The notes beneath the pieces are model-generated. The model was not told the origin of the DNA. It worked only from the letters and a program-made list of their open reading frames with translations, and did not search any database. Position numbers and translations under genes: made by a program. From contig OZ024744.1 in the NCBI GenBank assembly GCA_964016885.1, forward strand, positions 29,698,001 to 29,762,000: a stretch of 64,000 bases of DNA, read 5' to 3'. Each line of letters opens with the position of its first letter. Positions within the stretch are counted from its first letter, which is position 1. The DNA is from Eledone cirrhosa (taxonomy: Eukaryota). This document shows positions 37,590 to 52,500 of this stretch, piece after piece.

Positions 37590-40500
37590 CCAAGGTAGTT
37601 AGCTTTTAGATAGCGAATACCACCAAATTAGGTACAGTTACATGTTACACAGAGAAGTCCACAAACCTAGGTACAGTTACATGTTAGACAGAGAAGACCA
37701 CAAACCTAGGTACTGTTACCTGTTACACAGAGAAGAACACAAACCTAGGTACTGCTACCTGTTACACAGAGAAGACCATAAACCTAGGTACTGTTACCTG
37801 TTACACAGAGAAGACCACAAACCTAGGTACTGTTACGTGTTAGATGAGATCACAAACCTAGGTACAGTTACATGTTAGACAGAGAAGTCCACAAACGTAG
37901 GTACTGTTACCTGTTAGATGGAGAAGACCACACACCTAGGTACTATTACCTGTTAGATAGAGAAGACTACAAACCTAGGTATTGTTACCTGTTAGATAGA
38001 GAAGACTACAAACCTAGGTACTGTTACCTGTTAGATAGAGAAGACCACAAACATCGCTACTGTTACCTGTTACACACAGAAGACCACAAACCTACGTACT
38101 GTTACCTGTTAGACAAAGGAGACCACAAACCTAGGTACTGTTACCTGTTACACAGAGAAGATCACAAACCTAGATACTGTTACCTGTTAGATGAGATCAC
38201 AAACCAAGGTAGAGTTACATGTTAGACAGAGAAGTCCACAATCCTAGGTACTGTTACCTGTTAGATAGAGAAGACCACACACCTAGGTACTGTTACATGT
38301 TACACAGAGAAGACTACAAACCTAGGTACTGTTACCTGTTAGACAAAGGAGACCACAAACTTAGGTACTGTTACCTGTTACACAGAGAAGACCACAAATC
38401 TAAGTACTGCTACCTGTTACACAGAGAAGACCACAAACCTGGGTACTGTTACCTGTTAGATAGAAAAGACCACAAACCGAGGTACTGTTACATGTTACAC
38501 AGAGAAGTTCACAAACCTAGATACTGTTACCTGTTACACAGAGAAGACCACAAACCTAGGTACTGTTACCTGTTACATAGAGAAGACCACAAACCTAGGT
38601 ACTGTTTCCTGTTACACAGAGAAGACCACAAACCTAGGTACTGCTACCTGTTAGATAGAGAAGACTACAAACCAAGGTACTGTTACCTGTTACACAGAAA
38701 AGACCACAGACCTAGGTACTATTTCCTGTTACACAGAGAATACCACAAACCTAGGTACTGTTACCTATTACACAGAGAATATCCCAAACCTAGTTACTGC
38801 TACCTGTTACACAGAAAAGACCACAAACCTAGGTACTGCTACCTGTTACACAGAGAAGACCACATACCTAGGTACTGTTACCTATTAGATGGAGAATACC
38901 ACACACCTAGCTATTGTTACCTGTTAGATAGAGAAGACTACAAACATCACTACTGTTACCTGTTACACACGGAAGACCACAAACCGACGTACTGTTACCT
39001 GTTACACAGAGTAGACCACAAACCTAGGTACTGTTACCTGTTACACAGAGAAGACCACAAACCTAGGTACTGCTACCTGTTACACAGAGAAGACCACAAA
39101 CCTAGGTACTGTTACCTGTTACACAGAGAAGACCACAAACCTAGGTACTGTTACCTGTTACACAGAGAAGACAACAAACCTAGGTACTGTTACCTGTTAC
39201 ACAGAGAAGACCACAAACCTAGGTACTGTTACCTGTTAGATAGAGAAGATCACATACCTAGGTACTGCTAGCTGTTACACGGAGAAGACCACAAACCTAG
39301 GTACTGTTACCTGTTAGATAGAGAAGACCACATACCTAGGTACTGCTACCTGTTAGATAGAGAAGATCACAAACCTAGGTACTGTTACCTGTTACACAGA
39401 GAAGACCACAAACCTAGGTACTGTTACCTGTTACACAGAGAAGACCACAAACCTAGGTACTGTTACATGTTCCACAGAGAAGACCACAAACCTAGGTACT
39501 GTTACATGTTAGATAGAGGAGGCTACAAACCTAGGTACTGTTACCTGTTACACAGAGAAAACCACATATCTAGGTACAGTTACCTGTTATATAGAGAAGA
39601 CCACAAACCAAGGTACTGTTACCTGTTAGATAGAGGAGGCTACAAACCTAGGTACTGTTACCTGTTACACAGAGACGAACACAAACCGAGGTAATGCTAC
39701 CTGTTAGATTGAGAAGACAACAAACCTAGGTACTGTTACCTGTTACACAGAGAAGACCACAAACCTAGGTACTGTTACCTGTTATACAGAGAAGGCCACA
39801 AACCGAGGTACTGTTTCCTGTTACACAGAGTAGACCACAAACCTAGGTACTGTTACCTGTTAGATAGAGAAGACCACAAACCTAGGTACTGTTACCTGTT
39901 ATACAGAGAAGACCACAAACCTAGGTACTGCTACCTGTTAGATAGAGAAGACTACATACCTAGGTACTGTTACATGTTCCACAGAGAAGACCACAAACCT
40001 AGGTACTGTTACCTGTTACACAGAGAAGAACACAAACCTAGGAACTGTTACCTGTTAGATGAAGAAGACCACAAACCTAGGTACTGTTACCTGTTACACA
40101 GAGAAGACTACAAACCTAGGTACTATTACCTGTTACACAGAGTAGACCACAAACCTAGGTACTGTTACCTGTTAGATAGAGAAGACCACAAACCTAGGTA
40201 CAGTTACCTGTTAGATAGAGAAGACCACAAACCTAGGTACTGTTACCTGTTATACAGAGAAGACTACAAACCTAGGTACTGTTACCTGTTACACAGAGTA
40301 GACCACGAACCTAGGTACTGTTACCTGTTACACAGACAAGACCACAAACCTAGGTACTGTTACCTGTTACACAGAGAAGACCACAAACCTAGGTACTGTT
40401 ACCTGTTAGATAGAGAAGACCACAAACCTAGGTACTCTTACCTGATAGATAGAGAAGACCACAAACCTAGGTACAGTTACCTTTTATACAGAGAAGACCA

Positions 40501-43500
40501 CAAACATAGGTACTGCTACCTGTTACACAGAGAAGACCACAAACCTAGGTACTGTTACCTGTTACACAGAGAAGACCACAAACCTAGGTACTGTTACCTG
40601 TTAGATAGAGAAGACCACAAACCTAGGTACTGTTACCTGTTAGACAAAGGAGACCACAAACTTAGGTACTGTTACCTGTTACACAGAGAAGACCACAAAT
40701 CTAGGTACTGCTACCTGTTAGAGAGAGAAGACCACAAACCGAGGTTCCGTTACCTGTTACACAGAGAAGACCACAAATCTAGGTACTGCTACCTGTTAGA
40801 GAGAGAAGACCACAAACCTAGATACTGTTACCTGTTACACAGAGAAGACCACAAATCTAGGTACTGTTACCTGTTAGATAGAGAAGACCACAAACCTAGG
40901 TACAGTTACCTGTTAGATAGAGAAGACCACAAACCTAGGTTCTGCTACCTGTTACACAGAGAAGACCACAAATCTAGGTACTGTTACCTGTTAGATAGAG
41001 AAGACCACAAACCTAGGTACAGTTACCTGTTAGATAGAGAAGACCACAAACCTAGGTTGTGCTACCTGTTACACAGAGAAGACCACAAACCTAGGTACCG
41101 TTACCTGTTAGATAGAGAAGACCACAAACCTAGGTTCTGCTACCTGTTACACAGAGAAGACCACAAACCTAGGTACTGTTACCTGTTACACAGAGAAGAC
41201 CACAAACCTAGGTACCGTTACCTGTTAGATAGAGAAGACCACAAACCGAGGTACTGTTACCTGTTACACAGAGAAGATCACAAACCTAGGTACTGTTACC
41301 TGTTACATAGAGAAGACCACAAACCTAGGTACTGTTTCCTGTTACATAGAGAAGACCACAAACCTAGGTACTGCTACCTGTTACACAGAGAAGACCACAA
41401 ACCTAGGTACTGCTACCTGTTACACAGAGAAGACCACAAACAGAGGTACTGTTACCTGTTACACAGAGAAGACCACAAGCCTAGTTACTGTTACCTGTTA
41501 GATAGAGAAGACCACAAACCTAGGTACTGTTACCTGTTAGATAGAGAAGACCACATACCTAGGTACTGTTACCTGTTACACAGAGAAGACCACAAACCTA
41601 GATACTGTTACCTGTTACACAGAGAAGATCACAAACCTAGATACTGTTACCTGTTAGATGAGATCACAAACCAAGGTAGAGTTACCTGTTACACAGAGAA
41701 GACCACAAACCTAGGTACTGTTACCTGTTATACAGAGAAGACCACAAACCTTTGTACTGTTACCTGTTAGATAGAGAAGACCACACACCTAGGTACTGTT
41801 ACATGTTACACAGAGAAGACTACAAACCTAGGTACTGTTACCTGTTAGACAAAGGACACCACAAACTTAGGTACTGTTACCTGTTACACAGAGAAGACCA
41901 CAAATCTAGGTACTGTTACCTGTTACACAGAGAAGACTACAAACCTAGGTACTGTTACCTGTTACACAGAGTAGACCACAAACATAGGTACTGTTACCTG
42001 TTAGATAGAGAAGACCACAAACCTAGGTACAGTTACCTGTTAGATAGAGAAGACCACAAACCTAGGTACTGTTACCTGTTATACAGAGAAGACTACAAAC
42101 CCAGGTACTGTTACCTGTTACACAGAGTAGACCACGAAGCTAGGTACTGTTACCTGTTACACAGACAAGACCACAAACCTAGGTACTGTTACCTGTTACA
42201 CAGAGAAGATCACAAACCTAGATACTGTTACCTGTTAGATGAGATCACAAACCAAGGTAGAGTTACCTGTTACACAGAGAAGACCACAAACCTAGGTACT
42301 GTTACCTGTTACACAGAGAAGACCACAAACCTAGGTACTGTTACCTGTTATACAGAGAAGACCACAAACCTTTGTACTGTTACCTGTTATACAGAGAAGA
42401 CCACAAACCTAGGTACTGCTACCTGTTAGATAGAGAAGACTACATACCTAGGTACTGTTACATGTTCCACAGAGAAGACCACAAACCTAGGTACTGTTAC
42501 CTGTTACACAGAGAAGACCACAAACCTAGGTACTGTTACCTGTTAGATGAAGAAGACAACAAACCTAGGTACTGTTACCTGTTACACAGAGAAGACTACA
42601 AACCTAGGTACTATTACCTGTTACACAGAGTAGACCACAAACCGAGGTACTGTTACCTGTTAGATAGAGAAGACCACAAACCTAGGTACAGTTACCTGTT
42701 AGATAGAGAAGACCACAAACCTAGGTACTGTTACCTGTTATACAGAGAAGACTACAAACCTAGGTACTGTTACCTGTTACACAGAGTAGACCATGAATCT
42801 AGGTACTGTTACCTGTTAGACAGACAAGACAACAAACCTAGGTACTGTTACCTGTTACACAGAGTAGACCACAAACCTAGGTACTGTTACCTGTTACACA
42901 GACAAGACCACAAACCTAGGTACTGTTACCTGTTACACAGAGAATACCACAAACCTATGTACTGTTACCTGTTACACAGAGAAGACCACAAACCTAGGTA
43001 CTGTTACCTGTTACACAGAGAAGAGTACAAACCTAGGTACTGTTACCTGTTACACAGAGAAGACCACAAACCTAGGTACTGTTACCTGTTACACAGAGAA
43101 GACCAGAAACTTAGGTGCTGCTACCTGTTACACAGAGTAGACCACAAACCTATGAACTGTTACCTGTTATACAGAGAAGACCACACTCCTAGGTACTGTT
43201 ACCTGTTATACACAGAAGAACACAAATCTAAGAAGTGTTACCTGTTAGATAGAGAAGAGCGCAAACCTAGGTACTGTTACCTGTTACACAGACAAGACCA
43301 CAAACATAGGTACTGCTACCTGTTACACAGAAAATACCACAAACCTAGGTACTGTTACCTGTTACACAGAGAATACCACAAGCCAAGGTACTGTTACCTG
43401 TTACACAGAGAATACCACAAACCTAGGAACTGCTACCTGTTACACAGAAAAGATCACAAACCTAGGTACTGCTAACTGTTACACAGAGAAGACCACAAAC

Positions 43501-46500
43501 CTAGGTACTGTTACCTGTTGGATAGAGAAGACCACAAACCTAGGTACTGTTACCTTTTATACTGAGAAGACCACAAACCAAGGTACTGCTACCTGTTACA
43601 CAGAGAAGACCACAAACCTACGTACTGTTACCTGTTGGATAGAGAAGACCACAAACCTAGGTACTGTTACCTGTTACACAGAAAAGACCACAAACCTAGG
43701 TACTGTTACCTGTTACACAGAAAAGACCACAAACCTAGGTACTGTTACCTGTTACACAGAAAAGACCACAAACCTAGGTACTGTTACCTGTTACACAGAA
43801 AAGACCACAAACCTAGGTACTGCTACCTGTTACACAGAAAAGACCACAAACATAGGTACTGTTACCTGTTACACAGAGAAGTCTACAAACCTAGGTACAG
43901 TTACCTGTTACACAGCGAAGGCCACAAACCTAGGTAGTGTTACCTGTTACACAGAGAAGACCACAAACCTAGGTACTGTTACCTGTTACAGAGTCTAGAC
44001 CACAAACCTAGGTACTGCTACCTGTTAGAGAGAGAACACCACAAACCTAGCTACTGCTACCTGTTAGATAGAGAAGACCACAAACCTAGGTACTGTTACC
44101 TGTTACACAGAGAAGACCACTAACCTAGGTACTGTTACCTGTTACACAGACAAGACCACATACCTAAGTACTGCTACCTGTAAGATAGAAAAGACTACAA
44201 ACCTAGTTACTGTTACCTTATAGATAGAGAAGACCACAAACCTAGGTACCGTTACCTGTTAGATAGAGAAGTCCACAAACCTAGGTACTGTTACCTGTTA
44301 CACAGAGAAGACCACAAACCTAGGTACTGTTACCTGTTAGATGAAGGAGACCACAAACCTAAGTACTGTTAACTGTTACACAGAGATGACCACAAACCTA
44401 GATACTGTTACCTGTTACACAGAGAAGACCACAAATCTAGGTACTGCTACCTGTTAGATAGAAAAGACCACAAAACTAGGTACTGTTACCTGTTACACAG
44501 AGAAGACCACAAACCGAGGTACTGTTACCTGTTAGATAGAGCAGATTACAAACCTAGGTACTGTTACCTCTTACACAGAGAAGACCACAAACCTAGGTAC
44601 TGTTACCTTTTACACAGAGAAGACCACAAACCTAGGTACTGTTACCTGTTATACACAGAAGAACACTAATCTAAAAACTGTTACCTGTTAGATAGAGAAG
44701 ACCACAAACCAGGTACTGTTACCTGTTAGATAGAGAAGACCACAAACCGAATTACTGTTACCTGTTACACCGAGAAGAACACAAACCTAGGTACTGTTAC
44801 CTGTTAGAGAAAGACCGCAAACCTAGGTACTGTTACATGTTAGATAGAGTAGACCACAAACCTAGGTACTGTTACCTGTTACACAGAGAAGACCACAAAC
44901 CTAGGTACTGTTACCTGTTAGATGAAGAAGACCACAAACCTAGGTACTGTTACCTGTTATACACAGATGAACACAAATTTTAAATCTGTTACCTGTTAGA
45001 TAGAAAAGACCACAAACCGAGGTACTGTTACCTGTTAGATAGAGAAGACCACAAACCTAGGTACTGTTACCTGTTATACACAGATGAACACAAATTTTAA
45101 ATCTGTTACCTGTTAGATAGAAAAGACCACAAACCGAGGTACTGTTACCTGTTAGATAGAGAAGACCACAAACCTAGGTACTGTTACCTGTTACACAGAG
45201 AAGACCACAAACCTAGGTACTGTTACCTGTTACACAGAGAAGACCACAACCCTAGGTACTGCTACCTGTTAGACAGAGAAGACCACAAACCTAGGTACTG
45301 TTACCTGTTACACAGAGCAGACCACAAACCTAGGTACTGTTACCTGTTAGATAGAGAAGACCACAAACCTAGGTACTGTTACCTGTTACACACACAAGAC
45401 CACATACCTAAGTACTGCTACCTGTTACACAGAGAGGACTACAAGCCTAGGTACTGTTACCTGTTACACAGAGAAGACTACAAACCTAGTTACTGTTACC
45501 TGTTGGATAGAGAAGACCACAAACCTAGGTACTGTTACCTGTTACACAGAGAAGACCACAAACCTAGGTACTGTTACCTGTTAGATAGAGAAGATCACAA
45601 ACCTAGGTACTGTTACCTGTTAGACAAAGGAGACCACAAACTTAGGTACTGTTACCTGTTACACAGAGAAGACCACAAATCTAAGTACTGCTACCTGTTA
45701 CACAGAGAAGACCACAAACCTGGGTACTGTTACCTGTTAGATAGAAAAGACCACAAACCGAGGTACTGTTACATGTTACACAGAGAAGTTCACAAACCTA
45801 GATACTGTTACCTGTTACACAGAGAAGACCACAAACCTAGGTACTGTTACCTGTTACATAGAGAAGACCACAAACCTAGGTACTGTTTCCTGTTACACAG
45901 AGAAGACCACAAACCTAGGTACTGCTACCTGTTAGATAGAGAAGACTACAAACCAAGGTACTGTTACCTGTTACACAGAAAAGACCACAGACCTAGGTAC
46001 TATTTCCTGTTACACAGAGAATACCAGAAACCTAGGTACTGTTACCTATTACACAGAGAATATCCCAAACCTAGTTACTGCTACCTGTTACACAGAAAAG
46101 ACCACAAACCTAGGTACTGCTACCTGTTACACAGAGAAGACCACATACCTAGGTACTGTTACCTATTAGATGGAGAATACCACACACCTAGCTATTGTTA
46201 CCTGTTAGATAGAGAAGACTACAAACATCACTACTGTTACCTGTTACACACGGAAGACCACAAACCGACGTACTGTTACCTGTTACACAGAGTAGACCAC
46301 AAACCTAGGTACTGTTACCTGTTACACAGAGAAGACCACAAACCTAGGTACTGCTACCTGTTACACAGAGAAGACCACAAACCTAGGTACTGTTACCTGT
46401 TACACAGAGAAGACCACAAACCTAGGTACTGTTACCTGTTACACAGAGAAGACAACAAACCTAGGTACTGTTACCTGTTACACAGAGAAGACCACAAACC

Positions 46501-49500
46501 TAGGTACTGTTACCTGTTAGATAGAGAAGATCACATACCTAGGTACTGCTAGCTGTTACACAGAGAAGACCACAAACCTAGGTACTGTTACCTGTTAGAT
46601 AGAGAAGACCACATACCTAGGTACTGCTACCTGTTAGATAGAGAAGATCACAAACCTAGGTACTGTTACCTGTTACACAGAGAAGACCACAAACCTAGGT
46701 ACTGTTACCTGTTACACAGAGAAGACCACAAACCTAGGTACTGTTACATGTTCCACAGAGAAGACCACAAACCTAGGTACTGTTACATGTTAGATAGAGG
46801 AGGCTACAAACCTAGGTACTGTTACCTGTTACACAGAGAAAACCACATATCTAGGTACAGTTACCTGTTATATAGAGAAGACCACAAACCTAGGTACTGT
46901 TACCTGTTAGATAGAGGAGGCTACAAACCTAGGTACTGTTACCTGTTACACAGAGACGAACACAAACCGAGGTAATGCTACCTGTTAGATTGAGAAGACA
47001 ACAAACCTAGGTACTGTTACCTGTTACACAGAGAAGACCACAAACCTAGGTACTGTTACCTGTTATACAGAGAAGGCCACAAACCGAGGTACTGTTTCCT
47101 GTTACACAGAGTAGACCACAAACCTAGGTACTGTTACCTGTTAGATAGAGAAGACCACAAACCTAGGTACTGTTACCTGTTATACAGAGAAGACCACAAA
47201 CCTAGGTACTGCTACCTGTTAGATAGAGAAGACTACATACCTAGGTACTGTTACATGTTCCACAGAGAAGACCACAAACCTAGGTACTGTTAACTGTTAC
47301 ACAGAGAAGAACACAAACCTAGGAACTGTTACCTGTTAGATGAAGAAGACCACAAACCTAGGTACTGTTACCTGTTACACAGAGAAGACTACAAACCTAG
47401 GTACTATTACCTGTTACACAGAGTAGACCACAAACCTAGGTACTGTTACCTGTTAGATAGAGAAGACCACAAACCTAGGTACAGTTACCTGTTAGATAGA
47501 GAAGACCACAAACCTAGGTACTGTTACCTGTTATACAGAGAAGACTACAAACCTAGGTACTGTTACCTGTTACACAGAGTAGACCACGAACCTAGGTACT
47601 GTTACCTGTTACACAGACTAGACCACAAACCTAGGTACTGTTACCTGTTACACAGAGAAGACCACAAACCTAGGTACTGTTACCTGTTAGATAGAGAAGA
47701 CCACAAACCTAGGTACTCTTACCTGATAGATAGAGAAGACCACAAACCTAGGTACAGTTACCTTTTATACAGAGAAGACCACAAACATAGGTCCTGCTAC
47801 CTGTTACACAGAGAAGACCACAAACCTAGGTACTGTTACCTGTTACACAGAGAAGACCACAAACCTAGGTACTGTTACCTGTTAGATAGAGAAGACCACA
47901 AACCTAGGTACTGTTACCTGTTAGACAAAGGAGACCACAAACTTAGGTACTGTTACCTGTTACACAGAGAAGACCACAAATCTAGGTACTGCTACCTGAT
48001 AGAGAGAGAAGACCACAAACCGAGGTTCCGTTACCTGTTACACAGAGAAGACCACAAATCTAGGTACTGCTACCTGTTAGAGAGAGAAGACCACAAACCT
48101 AGATACTGTTACCTGTTACACAGAGAAGACCACAAATCTAGGTACTGTTACCTGTTAGATAGAGAAGACCACAAACCTAGGTACAGTTACCTGTTAGATA
48201 GAGAAGACCACAAACCTAGGTTCTGCTACCTGTTACACAGAGAAGACCACAAATCTAGGTACTGTTACCTGTTAGATAGAGAAGACCACAAACCTAGGTA
48301 CAGTTACCTGTTAGATAGAGAAGACCACAAACCTAGGTTGTGCTACCTGTTACACAGAGAAGACCACAAACCTAGGTACCGTTACCTGTTAGATAGAGAA
48401 GACCACAAACCTAGGTTCTGCTACCTGTTACACAGAGAAGACCACAAACCTAGGTACTGTTACCTGTTACACAGAGAAGACCACAAACCTAGGTACCGTT
48501 ACCTGTTAGATAGAGAAGACCACAAACCGAGGTACTGTTACCTGTTACACAGAGAAGATCACAAACCTAGGTACTGTTACCTGTTACATAGAGAAGACCA
48601 CAAACCTAGGTACTGTTTCCTGTTACATAGAGAAGACCACAAACCTAGGTACTGCTACCTGTTACACAGAGAAGACCACAAACCTAGGTACTGCTACCTG
48701 TTACACAGAGAAGACCACAAACAGAGGTACTGTTACCTGTTACACAGAGAAGACCACAAGCCTAGTTACTGTTACCTGTTAGATAGAGAAGACCACAAAC
48801 CTAGGTACTGTTACCTGTTAGATAGAGAAGACCACATACCTAGGTACTGTTACCTGTTACACAGAGAAGACCACAAACCTAGATACTGTTATCTGTTACA
48901 CAGAGAAGATCACAAACCTAGATACTGTTACCTGTTAGATGAGATCACAAACCAAGGTAGAGTTACCTGTTACACAGAGAAGACCACAAACCTAGGTACT
49001 GTTACCTGTTATACAGAGAAGACCACAAACCTTTGTACTGTTACCTGTTAGATAGAGAAGACCACACACCTAGGTACTGTTACATGTTACACAGAGAAGA
49101 CTACAAACCTAGGTACTGTTACCTGTTAGACAAAGGACACCACAAACTTAGGTACTGTTACCTGTTACACAGAGAAGACCACAAATCTAGGTACTGTTAC
49201 CTGTTACACAGAGAAGACTACAAACCTAGGTACTGTTACCTGTTACACAGAGTAGACCACAAACATAGGTACTGTTACCTGTTAGATAGAGAAGACCACA
49301 AACCTAGGTACAGTTACCTGTTAGATAGAGAAGACCACAAACCTAGGTACTGTTACCTGTTATAAAGAGAAGACTACAAACCCAGGTACTGTTACCTGTT
49401 ACACAGAGTAGACCACGAAGCTAGGTACTGTTACCTGTTACACAGACAAGACCACAAACCTAGGTACTGTTACCTGTTACACATAGAAGATCACAAACCT

Positions 49501-52500
49501 AGATACTGTTACCTGTTAGATGAGATCACAAACCAAGGTAGAGTTACCTGTTACACAGAGAAGACCACAAACCTAGGTACTGTTACCTGTTACACAGAGA
49601 AGACCACAAACCTAGGTACTGTTACCTGTTATACAGAGAAGACCACAAACCTTTGTACTGTTACCTGTTATACAGAGAAGACCACAAACCTAGGTACTGC
49701 TACCTGTTAGATAGAGAAGACTACATACCTAGGTACTGTTACATGTTCCACAGAGAAGACCACAAACCTAGGTACTGTTACCTGTTACACAGAGAAGACC
49801 ACAAACCTAGGTACTGTTACCTGTTAGATGAAGAAGACAACAAACCTAGGTACTGTTACCTGTTACACAGAGAAGACTACAAACCTAGGTACTATTACCT
49901 GTTACACAGAGTAGACCACAAACCTAGGTACTGTTACCTGTTAGATAGAGAAGACCACAAACCTAGGTACAGTTACCTGTTAGATAGAGAAGACCACAAA
50001 CCTAGGTACTGTTACCTGTTATACAGAGAAGACTACAAACCTAGGTACTGTTACCTGTTACACAGAGTAGACCACGAACCTAGGTACTGTTACCTGTTAC
50101 ACAGACAAGACCACAAACCTAGGTACTGTTACCTGTTACACAGAGAAGACCACAAACCTAGGTACTGTTACCTGTTAGATAGAGAAGACCACAAACCTAG
50201 GTACTCTTACCTGATAGATAGAGAAGACCACAAACCTAGGTACAGTTACCTTTTATACAGAGAAGACCACAAACATAGGTACTGCTACCTGTTACACAGA
50301 GAAGACCACAAACCTAGGTACTGTTACCTGTTACACAGAGAAGACCACAAACCTAGGTACTGTTACCTGTTAGATAGAGAAGACCACAAACCTAGGTACT
50401 GTTACCTGTTAGACAAAGGAGACCACAAACTTAGGTACTGTTACCTGTTACACAGAGAAGACCACAAATCTAGGTACTGCTACCTGATAGAGAGAGAAGA
50501 CCACAAACCGAGGTTCCGTTACCTGTTACACAGAGAAGACCACAAATCTAGGTACTGCTACCTGTTAGAGAGAGAAGACCACAAACCTAGATACTGTTAC
50601 CTGTTACACAGAGAAGACCACAAATCTAGGTACTGTTACCTGTTAGATAGAGAAGACCACAAACCTAGGTACAGTTACCTGTTAGATAGAGAAGACCACA
50701 AACCTAGGTTCTGCTACCTGTTACACAGAGAAGACCACAAATCTAGGTACTGTTACCTGTTAGATAGAGAAGACCACAAACCTAGGTACAGTTACCTGTT
50801 AGATAGAGAAGACCACAAACCTAGGTTGTGCTACCTGTTACACAGAGAAGACCACAAACCTAGGTACCGTTACCTGTTAGATAGAGAAGACCACAAACCT
50901 AGGTTCTGCTACCTGTTACACAGAGAAGACCACAAACCTAGGTACTGTTACCTGTTACACAGAGAAGACCACAAACCTAGGTACCGTTACCTGTTAGATA
51001 GAGAAGACCACAAACCGAGGTACTGTTACCTGTTACACAGAGAAGATCACAAACCTAGGTACTGTTACCTGTTACATAGAGAAGACCACAAACCTAGGTA
51101 ATGTTTCCTGTTACATAGAGAAGACCACAAACCTAGGTACTGCTACCTGTTACACAGAGAAGACCACAAACCTAGGTACTGCTACCTGTTACACAGAGAA
51201 GACCACAAACAGAGGTACTGTTACCTGTTACACAGAGAAGACCACAAGCCTAGTTACTGTTACCTGTTAGATAGAGAAGACCACAAACCTAGGTACTGTT
51301 ACCTGTTAGATAGAGAAGACCACATACCTAGGTACTGTTACCTGTTACACAGAGAAGACCACAAACCTAGATACTGTTACCTGTTACACAGAGAAGATCA
51401 CAAACCTAGATACTGTTACCTGTTAGATGAGATCACAAACCAAGGTAGAGTTACCTGTTACACAGAGAAGACCACAAACCTAGGTACTGTTACCTGTTAT
51501 ACAGAGAAGACCACAAACCTTTGTACTGTTACCTGTTAGATAGAGAAGACCACACACCTAGGTACTGTTACATGTTACACAGAGAAGACTACAAACCTAG
51601 GTACTGTTACCTGTTAGACAAAGGACACCACAAACTTAGGTACTGTTACCTGTTACACAGAGAAGACCACAAATCTAGGTACTGTTACCTGTTACACAGA
51701 GAAGACTACAAACCTAGGTACTGTTACCTGTTACACAGAGTAGACCACAAACATAGGTACTGTTACCTGTTAGATAGAGAAGACCACAAACCTAGGTACA
51801 GTTACCTGTTAGATAGAGAAGACCACAAACCTAGGTACTGTTACCTGTTATAAAGAGAAGACTACAAACCCAGGTACTGTTACCTGTTACACAGAGTAGA
51901 CCACGAAGCTAGGTACTGTTACCTGTTACACAGACAAGACCACAAACCTAGGTACTGTTACCTGTTACACATAGAAGATCACAAACCTAGATACTGTTAC
52001 CTGTTAGATGAGATCACAAACCAAGGTAGAGTTACCTGTTACACAGAGAAGACCACAAACCTAGGTACTGTTACCTGTTACACAGAGAAGACCACAAACC
52101 TAGGTACTGTTACCTGTTATACAGAGAAGACCACAAACCTTTGTACTGTTACCTGTTATACAGAGAAGACCACAAACCTAGGTACTGCTACCTGTTAGAT
52201 AGAGAAGACTACATACCTAGGTACTGTTACATGTTCCACAGAGAAGACCACAAACCTAGGTACTGTTACCTGTTACACAGAGAAGACCACAAACCTAGGT
52301 ACTGTTACCTGTTAGATGAAGAAGACAACAAACCTAGGTACTGTTACCTGTTACACAGAGAAGACTACAAACCTAGGTACTATTACCTGTTACACAGAGT
52401 AGACCACAAACCTAGGTACTGTTACCTGTTAGATAGAGAAGACCACAAACCTAGGTACAGTTACCTGTTAGATAGAGAAGACCACAAACCTAGGTACTGT

